DNA from: Hypanus sabinus
Taxonomy: Eukaryota
DNA: 64,000 nt
Assembly (NCBI RefSeq): GCF_030144855.1
Contig: NC_082722.1
Location: 27,528,001-27,592,000 of the forward strand
Reading direction: 5' to 3'
Shown here piece after piece: positions 49,167 through 62,629 of the stretch (position 1 is its first letter; the number at the start of each line of letters is the position of its first letter). Below the pieces are notes generated by a model. The model saw nothing but the letters and a program-made list of their open reading frames with translations, was not told where the DNA came from and ran no database searches. A program made the translations under genes and the position numbers.

Positions 49167-50849
49167 TTAGTAAAATCATATTTAATACAGCTAACTGATA
49201 TACTCAGTAATCAGAAACTAAATTACAATTGTAAAACCTAAACACCTAGGATAAAAAAAATGTTGGAATAACATCTTGGCTCCGCACAATGATACTGTCC
49301 ATACATCATACCGGTGGTAGGATCTCGACCGTTTCAGACTGCAAGTCGCTACTTTTAGATTTTAAAATCACCGCTCATAACAGCCTGTGAATAGGATGGG
49401 GTTCTCAGGTCTGGCCATCTCTGTTTATTCATCTCTTAACTCCTATCGCTTACATCGCTCTAAATTCTGTGCATGGGCACAGGACCATGTTCAATCTTTT
49501 ATGCATGCGTCGAATTATTGTAATCATTGCCGTGATCAGAATTCGTCGCTACAGTGCAAACTGAAACTGTGACCCTTACCACTCACGTTATTTAAGTTGA
49601 GGATATTAGAGCAAATGGCAAGTCCTGATGCTAAATCTCGCTTAACTCCGGAAACGCGGCAGCGGCATCTTAATCCTCCGTTGATTTGTTTGGGTTTGCT
49701 GGTAAATCACTTAAATCAGGATCAAAGCAGGTAGAGAAAATGGACGTAGCCGTTTGCGTAAGTGATAAAAATGGCATTTCTTTAGTGAAATAATGGCACA
49801 GCATTCTAGAGAAATAAAGTAATAGTAAAAATTTAATTATGAATGCTTCATCTTCAACTTGGATATTACTCTAAGAAGCAGCCCTACATTTCCGGAGGTG
49901 TTACGAACACTGGTAGTAGCTTTAGCGGAATTTATACTGTAACGAATTCAGTGATGTATGTATAACAACTTGACCATAGTTGCTGCAGTCGCTTCATTTG
50001 CACCTCGCGTTAAACTGGGGAAAGCTAAATGCGTTAAATTGGGGAAAGTGATTAAAGTAACACAAGTAGCCAAATGTTATAAGGAGAATGAATCCGGGTC
50101 GGAAAAATTGCATTGAAGTGATAGAAACATAAAGTAAACAGAGAAATATAACACACAAAATGTTAGCAGATCAGGAACCACCTGTTAAAGAGCAATAGTT
50201 AACGTTCACGTTGCATTCGCCGGAAGGGTCTTCGATCTGGAATGTCAATTCGTTCTCTTTCCAAAATCGGTCAGTAGCAACAGACTATTTTCTGCTTTGG
50301 ATCCAAATGGGAGACGACAATACTTTTATCCGTTTTAGGCTTTACTTCCCAAATTGAGGATGATATTTATGCAGCGTAGCATCGTGGACTAGAAGGTGCC
50401 ATGTGGAGCTTCGTTTAACAAATGGTTATCATTGTTCACCACATAATACAAGGTTTTGTTGCAGGTATATTCGATTCCATTGCAGGTTATTCACCGTTGT
50501 GCGGATCTCTGTTATGGATCGGGGTTAAAACTACATTTAATATTGCAAAGGCCATTTCAACAAAACAAGATGTCGTTACATTTTTACTTCGCTTACTGTC
50601 CGTTAGATCAAATGTTACAGACATTACCATTTGATTCATTCACGTGCTGTACCTTCCCGTTGTCCAATCAACTGTTCCTATTGTAAACTAGCATTTAGTA
50701 GTTTCTCACAGTCTCAGATGAGTGTTGAATCATTCGTCAAAACAACTGACCTTCCATTGGTAAATATTACTGTACACCTTCCAATCCAACCGGTTATGAA
50801 CTGGTGTGGAATCTTGACAGAATACAGCAAGCAGATGCAACGGGAACAT

Positions 50850-51052
50850 TCAAATAAATCTTGGATATATACTTGAAAATAAATATTTGACGGGGGAAAT
50901 AGTTTTAATTTCCCCACTACTCCTCAAAGTGTTATGGAATAAAATAGATTCATAATATCTTTGCTCTGCTAATATCCCGCTCTGATGAAGATGTGTCGCT
51001 TCATCTGCCGGGTCTGCATGCTGGCACCCGACCAAAGAATTCGTGTTACGGC
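50850..51052 (-). pseudogene. Probable last (cytoplasmic) exon of the paralog: (G)RNTNSLVG...QRYYESILF...VKYLFSSIYPRFI*
   Basis: Long pyrimidine tract ending ttttctgaag, phase 1 compatible with the TM donor, about 67 open codons with Tyr motifs; ATTAAA about 310 nt downstream. Confidence 0.55.
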
Positions 51053-53346
51053 CTTCAGAAAACAAATCAAAAAGAAATAAATTGCATTGCAAACATTGAA
51101 CATTGTTCATTTGATACCAATCGAATTAATCGTGTAAGTGGAACTGCTTAATGCACGGAACGTTCAGGAAGTATTTGGTGGTAACAGTCGTGTTAATGTA
51201 CTGTTTTCTGCGTTCATCTGATGCTATGCTCAATAGGCTTTGCCTTTCAACGAGGCTGTAAAGTCATAAAAGCATAACAGCGACCGTACTGTATTTAAAT
51301 ATTGTAACCAAACTGAAAATAAAGCCAATGAGATGTACAAAAATTGGTCTATGTTCCTTTAGCAATCAGAGGGAGGCTGAAACTACATCAAGTCGTTTAT
51401 CTTTCAAAATACGGATATGCCATTGTTGTAAAAATATATTTTTGAAGAACCTCACTGGGATATAACTGCATTCGTGAATGAAATACGAAATACTTCGAGA
51501 GGGCTGGTGAAATAGCTGAATTTTAAGATCCAGCATGTATTGTGCCAGAATATTATCACTCAAATCTGGCTTCGAAAATCGCGATCCATATCCAATTATC
51601 ATATAAATGTCATTTGTTGTTTTGAAGTTACTTATCATTAACGCTTCTGTTTTGTACGAATCGGGGTGATGTTTCTCAGCGATCAGTGCTCTTACCGTGC
51701 AATCGTTTCAATTTGATTTTCAGCAAAACTATTATCAGAACTAAAATTGCCGATCAGCCCACTGCACATGCGAGAATCAATCTGGTATCAGCGCCTTGAA
51801 AAAGAAACGGTGAAATATGCATGCGTCTAAAAACAAATCCAGCCATGAGAATCAGCAATGCAAACTATTATATAGGTTCCTTTCAAATCTCACTACACTC
51901 TGATAGGAAAATGGCAGAATATACAGTATAGAACAAAGAAATCTGGTCCTTAGCTTCTGCAGAAGCATATGAGCTGTTTACTGAGACTAAGAATAGGTTC
52001 AGCTGCATCTTCCTATACTTCCTTTGAATATAGATACAAGCACAACTATTGAACGTCAAAACTGATACGATTTTGATCTCGATTCAACCTTTTACGTCAC
52101 GTCTGTCAAGGACGTTCTTTCGTATGATCAAAACCATACAGATAACTCGTAGACTCGCCAAAGGAATCCCGGTGCAGCAACAACTCCCTTTTGCATTGCA
52201 TGCTGAAATTACCCTCTAACTTCATGAGTTTATAACACTGTACCTTCTATGCCTCCTGTATCTTTATAGAACAGATTAAACGTATAATTCCCACGTTTAC
52301 GGCTTCGACAACTTTACGAACGACAAATCCAAATTCATGTAAACCTGCATAATATAAGCATAGACCAAACTGAAGACTCCCATGTGATCTGTATTTCACA
52401 CTAATTGGAATGTAATTACGCGGACTGACTTTTGTTAAAAACTGTTCACAGTATCGCTATCTATGTATTCGTTCCAGGTGACAATTAAGTATCACGCGTC
52501 AGTGTTCAGGAATTCTTATAATGATGCTGATTTTTCCCCATCACGTTTTTCCGATAAAACTATATCAATTAAGTACACCTTCACTCACCAGCAGATGGTT
52601 TCTCCCTTTGTTATCTCACTATGCGATTTACAGTTTAAGTTTTGCTTTGTCTCATCGTTGACAAATGTGCAGAAGTTTTCTACCCTACACGTACGACACG
52701 AGTTCAATTTCTTAATTCACCTACGCGATTTTAACTGAGGGTATAAGACGTCTGTTTTTCAACAGAATTCGCATTTAATGTTGACTGAACACAAGTAATC
52801 TTAAAATATCGCCCTTCTTCCGTGTTTGGGAAACCGTGCTGCGATTGTTCTTAACCTGATTTGATCGATCCCACCTATATCATTTGAAAACACCTCCATC
52901 TTGCCCAGAGCACTCGAGATTCTGAACGTGTTGGAAATTCATAGTAACACAGAAAATGCAGAAGGAACGCAGCAGATCAGGAGAGGAATAACATGTCGAC
53001 GTTTCGGTCCGACACCTTATATCACTACGCCATCAAGAAACCAACTTACCTTGCTCCAGGATGTAGCTGAAACTGACAGGCACCGTGAGGGAGACATGCG
53101 ACACCAGACAGGTATAAACATCTTTTCCCCAAACAGACTGATTAATTTCTAATAAACTGTAAGCCTCGTATAAACTCTCCGCTGTCCGGTTTGTCACAGT
53201 CTTCTAATGCGCATATGCCTGTCATTTTTTTTTTTTTTTTTTTGTCAGATGATATCTAATTCCTTTGGGTAGAAGGAAGCTATTTTACAGCTTCCCAGGA
53301 GACGAAAACCCTCTAATCGGAACGATTTCCAATGGAATTGTGGGAG
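50850..53346 (-). pseudogene. Disabled paralog of the VJ-C1 receptor gene: C1 exon 53050-53346, TM exon 51696-51794, probable cytoplasmic exon 50850-51052
   Basis: About 80% co-linear with 545-3700. C1 acceptor AG changed to AC, a frameshifting deletion before the first Cys, conserved Trp TGG changed to TGA, an expanded A-run, and TGA in the TM exon (51754-51756). No leader or V exon found up to 64000. Confidence 0.9.
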
Positions 53347-53487
53347 GTTGAATAAATAGATAGTTACTTTGGAGTTTACCATTCAATTTGTTGAAGTAAA
53401 TTCCTTTATCTTCCCGCCAAATACAATGACATTTCTCTATCAAATTTGTTACTCGCTATAGGCTTCCAGTATTTTATAAATTATTTT

Positions 53488-54263
53488 TGTTACGTCCGTA
53501 GCCCCCTTCTTTGTGAGAATCCGAAGATCAATGTTGGGTTGGATCAAGGGACCCAGGAAATGAGAGAGAAACGTGCAAAATGCCTCGTTTCCCCGGCGAT
53601 GTAAAGCTACGGGGCATGGCCATTGTCTCCGGATGACCAAGTTGTGGATTGAGATACTGTGCGCCGTGAACGCCCTCAGGCAAAGTGGGCTGGTTGAGGG
53701 AGAGATTGCATCACCCCCAACCTGATTGACATCTACGACCCGGCGAGTCAGGATAAAAGAGGGTCTGTAGGAACAGTCCCTCAGACGCACCAGAAGAAAC
53801 GTTAAGCGACCATGTAACAGCAGGAAGTCATCTGAAGGAGGCCACGTGCGTTCAGGTCCGTCGCTGGAATTGGTGGCTGGAACCACGGAAAACGGCTTTT
53901 AGCTAAAAACGGGGAAATCCACTCCCCTGACTCAACGGATTGGCATCATAAAAGACCTGGGCAAGTTTAAACCGCCTCGCTCTTAAACCCAAAAATGCTG
54001 CAGCTTGAACGAACTGACAGAGACCGTTATCTTTCCATCGGACAATACATTATACCCTGGACAACAATAGAGCTATTTCCTATTGGTTACTATTATACCC
54101 GCGCTTTAGATTTAGTATTGACGACGTATATTATCTGTATGTTTGCATTATTCTTATTTTTGTGCCCTTTATCAATAAATACTTTTTAAAAATAGTACCA
54201 TCAGACTTCAACGGACCTCTCTATCTTTGCTGGTAAGTGATCCAGTTACGGGATTTCGTAACA
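53488..54263 (+). mobile_element. Solo LTR (776 bp) with a 4-bp TTTT target-site duplication
   Basis: tgttacg...cgtaaca termini, AATAAA near 54173; the paralogous empty site at about 2848-2856 has a single tttt. Confidence 0.9.
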
Positions 54264-55159
54264 TTTTAAGTTCATTGTTATTAATACATACAGATTTACA
54301 TGGCTAAATGAAACATCCTTTTTCTGGGGTCAGCTGCAAAATACAGTCCATGTATTCCCACACAGCACGTGCAGTCACCATCCACCACATACAGTGCAAA
54401 ATAAACAAAGTAAAATCCAGTCATCGTGCTGGGACAGATGAAATGAGGAAGTCGAAGAAGACACCGAGAAGGCGAATCTTAGGGGTGCAAATTGAGGAAG
54501 ACGTTCTCCTTAGAATGGTCTTTAAGCTTTATCACAGGGTTGTGCTTATGGCAGCCCGTTGCCTTTGGAAAATGTACCTTACTGTATTTTTCATTTCCAA
54601 GCAAAAATGAACTGCAAATCCCAAAATATGACAGATCTCCACAGTCCGAACGCAAGATGCTCTTACACCTGGATTTGATATTCTGGCAGCTCATTTGTTC
54701 AGGTAGTTTTTCAGAGCTTGCGTTGGAGCTTTCCTGTCATTAACATTCACTGAAAGAGCTTTCCTCTGAATGTAAATCATGTGGATTTTTTTTTCCGTAT
54801 TTAATGTGTTGAATGCGGCAAATTATACCGTCCATGAAACAACATGAAACAAATGTGAAGCTGATGGTCAGCGTATTTATTCTACATTTCTATACTTTTA
54901 TCAGCCTGCAGCAAAATTGTCAATAGTGACCTGGCACTGGTATACGAACGATGATGCCCTACAAAGAGATAACCCTGGAACTGAACGAAATCCGCTTCTC
55001 CCAGCAGAGACTTCACTCAACCGTGAGCCGAAAATTTAAGGTAATTTATGCTCTGTGACTTTGACCGTCTAATAATATTTGGTGCTTGACTGGGTGCTTG
55101 CTATCTCAGAAACTGTTGACTGGCTGGCAGCATCATGTACAACTGTCCCTGAAGTTTAA

Positions 55160-55780
55160 AGAGAATGGTGCGAAAAAAAAAACACGAAAACACAGCTAAG
55201 AATACATTGGGATATTATAGGCTGGCGAGACTGACGCTTGTAACTCATAATTTACTGAAAATATTCCAAGTGACAGGATATATTACTACTTACATCAGAG
55301 TCGGAATGGCATACAAGGTTTTTCGCATGGTAAGTAGTGTCTAGCTTATCGTAAAGAACTTTTCAATGAGTTTACCAGGGATCATGGTGAAGAAAATCCA
55401 GGAGATGTCGCCTACATGGCAAACCCTTTGGCAAAGTCCCGACTGGAGGCTGATTAGGAATGTTCGGTTGGCATTCAAGATGAAGTAGTTAATTGGCATT
55501 CAGGAAGGAGTAGTTAATTTGATTTAGCATTGGCTTGGCAAACCAGAGAGTGGTAGTAGATGGCTTCTCTCTGGCTGGAGGCCTGTAACTAGTGATGTGC
55601 CAGGAGGATCAGTGCTGGTTACGCTGTTATGTGTTCATCTATATTAACGATTGGTATGATAATGGATTAAGCTGGTTCAGGAATGTTGCTGATGTGGACA
55701 ATGGGGAACGATTGCAGTGAGATAGGGGCCAGCTTTCAAAATGTGTTGTAAAATGACAGGTGGAATTTAATCGCTTTGCA
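55160..55780 (+). mobile_element. Old CR1 RT fragment (pre-duplication)
   Basis: Degenerate YRLARLT, RQRVVVDG..S.WRPVTS.VPGGSVL-like sequence; its left part is shared with 4020-4190. Confidence 0.55.
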
Positions 55781-56139
55781 ATTCCATTTGCGCTCAACCC
55801 CTTTCCCTTTACTTTCTAACTCTATCAAATTCACCTCGATATTGCGAGTTCTATTTCTCTCCCTATTTTGAATGGGGAAAGTATAGATTTTGAGAAATTC
55901 TGCATAATACATTTTGATTTATAATTTGCAGCACGTGTGACAAACAGATGCATTATAATACTATCATTTTTTTGTTAGATCAAGTTATTATTCCCCTGAG
56001 TTTGTAAGTTTGACATACCTTATAACAGAATTTGATGAAATTGTTCATGATTTGCATCCTGTGTGATGGAAAATCGAGCTATCCAATTACAGCCACTCAC
56101 CTGGGACGGGAGTCAATGACTTCTCTAACTTCCATTAAT

Positions 56140-56506
56140 GACCCTCCTACCCTTCTTACCCCATCTCTGACATATTTAGTTGTTTGCATGTTCTCCATTT
56201 CCCTCTACTGTTCCCACCCCCCTTTCTTTCTCCTGAGGCCTCCCGTCCCATGATCCTTTTCCTTCTCCAGCTCTGTATCACTTTTGCCAATCAACTTTCC
56301 AGCTCTTAGCTTCATCCCACCCCCTCCGGTCTTCTATCATTTCGCTTTTCACCCTCCCCACCCCCCCCCCACTACTTTCAAATCTCTTACTATCTTTCCT
56401 TTCGGTTAATCTTGACGCAGGGTTTCGGCCCGAAATGTCGACAGCTCTTCTCCCTATAGATGCTGCCTGGCCTGCTGTGTTCCACCAGCATTTTGTGTGT
56501 GTTGTT
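56140..56506 (+). mobile_element. Penelope-like element 3' end
   Basis: ...gcagggtttcggcccgaaatgtcgac...gatgctgcctggcctgctgtgttccaccagcattttgtgtgtgttg, a well-preserved terminal motif. Confidence 0.6.
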
Positions 56507-57299
56507 TCAAAAAAGCTAATTGCCCTTCTCTTCGAGGCAAACGAGCTGTCTGCAACATACGTGTTTCAGAGAGGCGTAGTCTTTGACCACAGATCTTCCA
56601 TTATGTCACCAACAGACTCGCGAGTGCAGTTCTATTCTCAAATAGTATGTTAGTTCCCAAAAACGAGATGTATAATGACATTCTTGGTAAACTGACACAT
56701 TAATTAAAAGCTCTGTTCCGAACATCATTTTACAGAGAACTTTCACAAGCTCGCATGTAAACATTCGCATTTGTGAATATCAAACAGGATGCTAACATAC
56801 CAGTATATCTGCTTTGAGAAGATATTAAACTTCATCGGAATGTAACATAATAATATAATCTGATTGCGTATCGAATCGGCAGTGGGAATAGAAAGGGAAA
56901 ATACCCAGACAAGCACGAATACATGCATTTATCTATCTTAATATGTTAACTTAATTACTTGGATTCATGAATCGCGGATATGGGGTTTGAACTTGGATTT
57001 GAACCTATTCCTAGCATTTCATATTCAATAGTCAGCAAGCTGAACCATTATTCTATTTACTTATCTACTTCGTTAGGCCAATTAATATTCATTGAATATG
57101 GAATTTTAATCTCCGTTTCGTATTCTACCGTTATCCATAAAACTCTTGGTCTCCACAGGTTTAAATGATCCGCGAGATCAGTACGCCATCTCCAAGAACA
57201 TTCATCTGCTGAGACACTTGGCGTGAAAAATTGGTTAGATGCAACATAGAGATTCCAGAGAGGGCCATATACAGAAACACCTAGGCTATCAGTGCTGAA

Positions 57300-58445
57300 A
57301 TTTAACAAATAAAGAAGAGAGATAATGGGAGCCATTAGAGGAGAAAGGATAGGCAGATGGGAGACGGGGAAGTCTTTGTGCGAAACGTTTGTGTGGTGAA
57401 TGGATGGAACCGGTAGGGGGCGATTACGACCACGAGTACCAAGGAACTGAGGTAGGAAAGTGTGAATACGGTTTAACCTACAACAGCAAACTCGGTGTGT
57501 AATTTCATGGTTTGCAGAATATATAGGTGGAATATGAAGCTAGATATAAGCCACAAAATGCTAACTTTGATTGAAAAGTGCTCAGTGTATGACCGGAAAT
57601 ACATGCTATGCTGCAACAAGGTACAATGAATTGGTTGGTTTACGCACACTTGCGAAGTATTTTGAACATTTTCTTGGAAGGAGTTTTACTTGGAAGGAGT
57701 ACAGCGAAGCCACTCTAAATTGGGTAAAGCAGCATCTATAGAGCGAATTGAAAGGTCGACTTTTCTGGACTAGACTCGATCAGGACTGAACAGAAGGAGG
57801 AGAGCTAGCCAGAATTAAAAGGTCGTGAAACAGCTGGAGCAAGAGTTGGAGTGTAATAGCTGGATTCAGGCGAGGAAGTGACAGGCAGTTAAAGGGGCGA
57901 GATTTAGTGCGACCAATGAGGCTGGTTGTGTGAAATGGAAGCTTCAAAAACTGAAAAAATCAGACTATTTCATCAGTGGGGAATTCCATTCTTTTACCCG
58001 CATGAACGAACAACTCTCGATTATGTGATATACCGCAGGTTTACCCAACATTTCAGAAGATGCTTCTCGCGTCAGCAGCCCGCTTATAAATACTTAGAAT
58101 GTTATTTGCACGTATACTCCAAGATCACGTTCTTCGAATGGAAGAGTGCACAATATTGACTACTCTAAGCAGTTTAGATTCAATTATGATACTTCCTTTT
58201 TTCTGCAGCTCTCTCCTCAAACGCTATGATCGTCACTTTCTGTCCTTCATTCGTTCCTACGCATACTCACAAATAACAAGGAAGCTTAACGGGACGAAGA
58301 ACTTCCCCCTCGATCATGGCTGATCCAATTACTTTGTCTGCCACGCTTTATTCGTCCTCTGCAGCTCATACCGGTATGCTGAATTCCTCCATCATTTTGT
58401 GTGTATTACTTCGATTTCCAGTATCTGCAGACTTTCTCTTCTTTA
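57300..58445. mobile_element. Rearranged, decayed Penelope-like remnants in both orientations
   Basis: Terminal motif on the plus strand at 58300-58440 and inverted copies at 57300-57900. Confidence 0.4.
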
Positions 58446-58599
58446 TACTGGTACCAGTCATATTTACATTGTCACTATTCCGTGGCTTTCGAAAAATCAC
58501 CAGCGAATTTCTGTTATGAGTTTGGTCTTGTAAGTTAGTAGGCTAGATCAATGAAGAAAATCATTACATCAAATTATTACTTACGATAGGCTCAACAAA

Positions 58600-60135
58600 C
58601 TAGGTAATGATGGAAACCTAGATTATGAGTTTACCAAGGAGGAGCTTGGGAATCAAATCAGGGGAGACAGAAGGGGCCATCAGAAGGCCTTGGCGAGCAG
58701 GATTAAAGAAAAACCTAAGTCATTCTACAAGTGTGTGAGGAGCAAGAGGATAAGATGTGAGCGAATAGGCCCAATCAAGTGCGACAATGGAAACGTGTGT
58801 ATGAAATTGGAGGACAATGCAGAGGCACTTAATGAATACTATGCTTCAGTATTTACTATGGGAAAGTATCATAGCGATTGTATTTACAGCTGATTGAAAA
58901 GCTTGACCATATAGACATTAAGAAAAAAGATTATCAGCAGATTCTGGAAAGCATCAGGTTGGGCATGTCTCCGGTGGCGGACGAGATGTACTCCAGGACA
59001 CTCTGGGAGGTGGGTGAGGACATTGCTGACCTTCTGACAATGATTTCAATTCATCAATGTGGACTGGAGAGGTTCCAGAGGATTGCGGAGTTGCAGATGC
59101 TGTTCCATTATTCAAGAAAGTGAGTAGACCATTTAGTCTTACTTCAGTGGTTGGTAAATTGATGGAAAAGATCCTGAAAGCAAAACTTATGAACAGCTGG
59201 AGAGTCATGTTATGATTAGGAAGTGTCAGCATGTCTTTCTTAAAGCCAGGTCGTGCCTTAAAAGCCTGGTTTAATTTTTTGGAGGATGTCACTAAACACG
59301 TTGATGAGGGTAGAGCAGTAGATGTAGTGTATGGGTATTTCAGCAAGGCTTTTGATAAGGTATTCCATGCAAAGCTTCATGAGAAAGTCAGGAGGCCTAA
59401 GATCCAAGGGAACTTTGCAAGGTGGATCCAGAATTGGCTAGCCCACAGAATGCAGTGTGGTTGTAGTCGGGTCATATTCTCTAAGGAGGTCCGTTCCCAT
59501 TGGTGTGCCTAAGGGATCTGTTCCAGGAGCCATACTCTTCGTGATTTTCATAAATGACCTGGTTGAGGAAGTGGAGGGATGGGTTAATAAATTTGCTGAT
59601 GACTCAAAGGTTAGGGTGTTGTGGAGAGTATGGAGGGCTATCAGAGGTTACAGCTGGACATCGTTAGGATACAATACAGGGCTGAAAATTGATAGTGGAT
59701 TCAACACAGATAAATATTAGGTGATTCAGTTTGGAAGGACAAATATGATGACAGATTAGAGTAGTAACGGTAAGAATCTTGGCAGTGAAGAGAAGCAGAG
59801 GAATCATGGGGTGCGAGTCCTTTGGACACTCAAATCTGCTGCGCAGACTGTGTTGACAGGAAGGCATCCGGTGCATTGGCCGTCATCAACCATGAGACTG
59901 AGTTTAAGAGTCGAGAGGTAATATTACAGCTATATAGGACCCTGGCCAAACCCCACTTGGAGTCCTGTGCTCAGTTCTGGTCACCTCACTGCAGGAAGGA
60001 TGTGGAAACAATAGAAAGGGTGCAGAGGAGATTTTTAAGGATGTTGCCTGGATTGGGGAGCATGTCTTTTGAAGATAGGTTGAGTGAACTCAGCCTTTTC
60101 TCCTTGGAGTGGCGGGGGATGAGAGGTGACCTGAC
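58600..60135 (+). mobile_element. CR1 LINE fragment (linker plus RT), decayed
   Basis: IKEKPKSFYKCVRSKR, YFSKAFDKV, VPKGSVPG, FADDSK, LAKPHLESCAQFWSP, VQRRFLRMLPG. Confidence 0.88.
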
Positions 60136-61645
60136 CCAGAAAATATGGGTGGCAACTGCGAAGGCTGAGTTTGCCAAAATGGAAAGTGTTGGCATTATAC
60201 GCCTGTCGAATAGCCCTTGGGTTTTGCCTCTCCATATGGTCCCCTTGTCTGATGGTGGCTGCGATCCATGCGGCGATTATCAACGCCTTAATTGAGCAAC
60301 ATCCGCAGATCGTTATCCGGTCCCAGACACGAAAGACTGTTCGGCACATTTAGTCGATAGTGATTTTTTTTCTGCCAAAGGTGCCTTAGTTCGGGGCTAC
60401 CACCAGGTGCGTGTGTGCTCTGAGGATATTCAAAACGGCTGTGTTAACTACGTTTGAATCATAGAAACATAGAAAAAATCACTTCCTCATCCAGTTCATT
60501 TATAAAAATCATAAAGTGCAGGTGTCCCGGAACAGATCCCTGCCGCACACCACTGGTCACCGGCCTCCATGCAGAATATGATCCGTCTACACCCAGTCTT
60601 TGCCTTCTGTGGGCAAGCTATTTCTAGATCCACAAAGCAAAGTCCCCTTGGATCATATGCCTCCCTACTTTCTCAGTAAGCCTTGCATGGGGCACCTTAT
60701 CAAATGCCTTGCTAAAATCCACATATATTGCATCTATGACTCTACCTTCATCAATGTGCTTAGTCACATCCTCAAAAAATTCAATCAGGCTCGAAAGACA
60801 CGATCTGCCTTTCACAAAGCCATGCTAACTATTCCTAATCATATTATACCTCTCTTAATGCTCATAAATCCTGCCCTTAGAGTTGCTGCGCATGCCGTTT
60901 GGGCTGAAAAACGCACCACAGACTTTCCAGCTGTTGCTGAACACTGTATTAAAAGACGCAGTCTTTCTTCTTGTTTACCTGCATCACCTGCCAGTGCATC
61001 CAAATCCGAACATACATCTAATCTCCGCACGCGCTTTGAGCATTGTTTCCCTCATAGGGTTTACTATTGAACGTAATAAATTCCAATTTGGGTTGTCAAC
61101 CATGGCATTTCACGGATATCGCATCACCGCAGAAGGTGCGAAACTACTCCCATCGAAAGTAGCCTCTATTATGGTTTCCCACCGCCCTGCAGTACTAGAA
61201 AACACAGTTGGTTTTCGATATGGTGAATCTCTATCACCGCTTCATTCTGCGAGCTGCTAAACTGAAACTTCCCCTGCAAAGGCAACACCCGTAATCACGT
61301 ACTTAACTGGTCTGCGGACATGGCTGGGCATTTGACAACACCAAAGATGCCCATCCATTCGCCCATACGGCGCACCCGCTCCGCAGTGCACCATTACTGC
61401 TGCCGCTTCAGAATCTGCTCTGGGCGCTGTGCACGAACAGCGTAGGAGTGTGGCAATCGTTCGCTTTCTTCAGCCGGCAGTCCTGTCACCCCAAAAGGAA
61501 GTACACCACGTTTGACCGTGACTCTCCCGGTCTCTTTCTGACTGTTTGCCATTTTCATTTTCTTCTAGAGGGTCGCCATTTCAGAACATTCGTTGACCAC
61601 GAACCCCTCGTGCACGCGATGGCGAAAATATCTTATTTCCCATAA
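60136..61645 (+). mobile_element. Ty3/Gypsy pol fragment (RT plus RNase H), without LTRs, interrupted by a CR1 piece
   Basis: SNSPWVLPLHMV, CGDYQRLN, LVRGYHQV, RMPFGLKNAPQTFQ, AFFSRQ, KYTTFDRD, FVDHEPL. Confidence 0.85.
60456..60880 (-). mobile_element. Internally deleted CR1 fragment nested in the Gypsy RT
   Basis: KGRSCLSSLIEFFEDVTKHIDEGRVIDAIYVDFSKAFDKVPH plus a ctatgtttctatg-type tail. Confidence 0.8.
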
Positions 61646-62629
61646 TATTGACAACATGCCGCCTGCGTACGGGCGGATTTTTGTGGAGTGATATTTAGAA
61701 TTCCTTGAAAGTCAAATAGTTTGCGTGGTATTTTTTTTTTTTGCGCTATGCTTGCGCTGTCATGTTTCAAATCAAGTAAAACATTTATCTTTATTTTTCC
61801 GGATCAAATGATTTCTCCATGTGAAACAATTGGTTACTACATTGATTTAACAAAACAAAAGTAATTATTTAAGACCCACCTCCAATTGTATAAGGGCCCA
61901 GCATTTGAGCTCTAAAGAGAAAGGTGAACAACCTACGCAATATTTATTCCGAAGCGCGAATGCATAAACCTTCTTGTCTTCCTGAGAGATTATCAACTTT
62001 CCGGAAGCTGGGCTGCATCCAATTCGATTCATATCATCTAACAGTACATATGACCATGTGCACAGATGCATCGACATCTGTTGAATCAGACCAAGTCCTT
62101 TTCCGTAGAACTGCAACCTCGCACTCCGGAAGCAGCTCCGCCTTTAAGGTTCAAAGGTCCACTTTAATGTCAGAGTAATGTATACAATCTACATTCTGAA
62201 ATGCTTTTTCTTCACAAAACATCCACGTAAACAGAGCAGTTCCCAAAAGAATGAAAGACAGTAAAACGGAGAACCCCAAAGTCCCCCAACAGTCCCTCCC
62301 TCGCGTAAGCTACAGCGAGCAAAGATCCCCCCTCTCCACCCATCAAGAAAAGTGCACCTTCTGCCGAGCCCAATTGTGGGCTTGCCGATAGCAAAGTCAC
62401 AGCCCTTGCAGTTACCCCAAAGACTATCGCATTTAATCAAGCATTCGAGAAACCACAGGTTCACTCGCTCCCTAGTAAAGAAGAGGGAGGTGTCCCCGAT
62501 TTTCACGTTACTGCCGCACTTTTACTGCAATTATATCATCATTGCTATGTCCATTATACGCGTTAGAAAAAAAATACCCACGAGTCATGGACTCTGTTTC
62601 AGGGGCTGTTCATCTTACGTTCTCGATAG

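Noticed and set aside
50007-50050. Imperfect 24-bp tandem repeat with GGGGAAAG(T/C), IRF/NF-kB-like
   Set aside because: Only two units and no independent sign of regulatory function.
50440-50700. Minus-strand fragments resembling a decayed Ig domain (VDW..., TSCFVE, NGIEYTC)
   Set aside because: Motifs fall in different frames with several stops; the region is better explained as 3' UTR or flank of the pseudogene.
56743-56928. ORF MHVFVLVWVFSLSIPTADS...LLCYIP...IYWY as the missing leader/V of the pseudogene
   Set aside because: No A/B strands, second Cys or J motif, no similarity to the intact V exon, and wrong splice phase.
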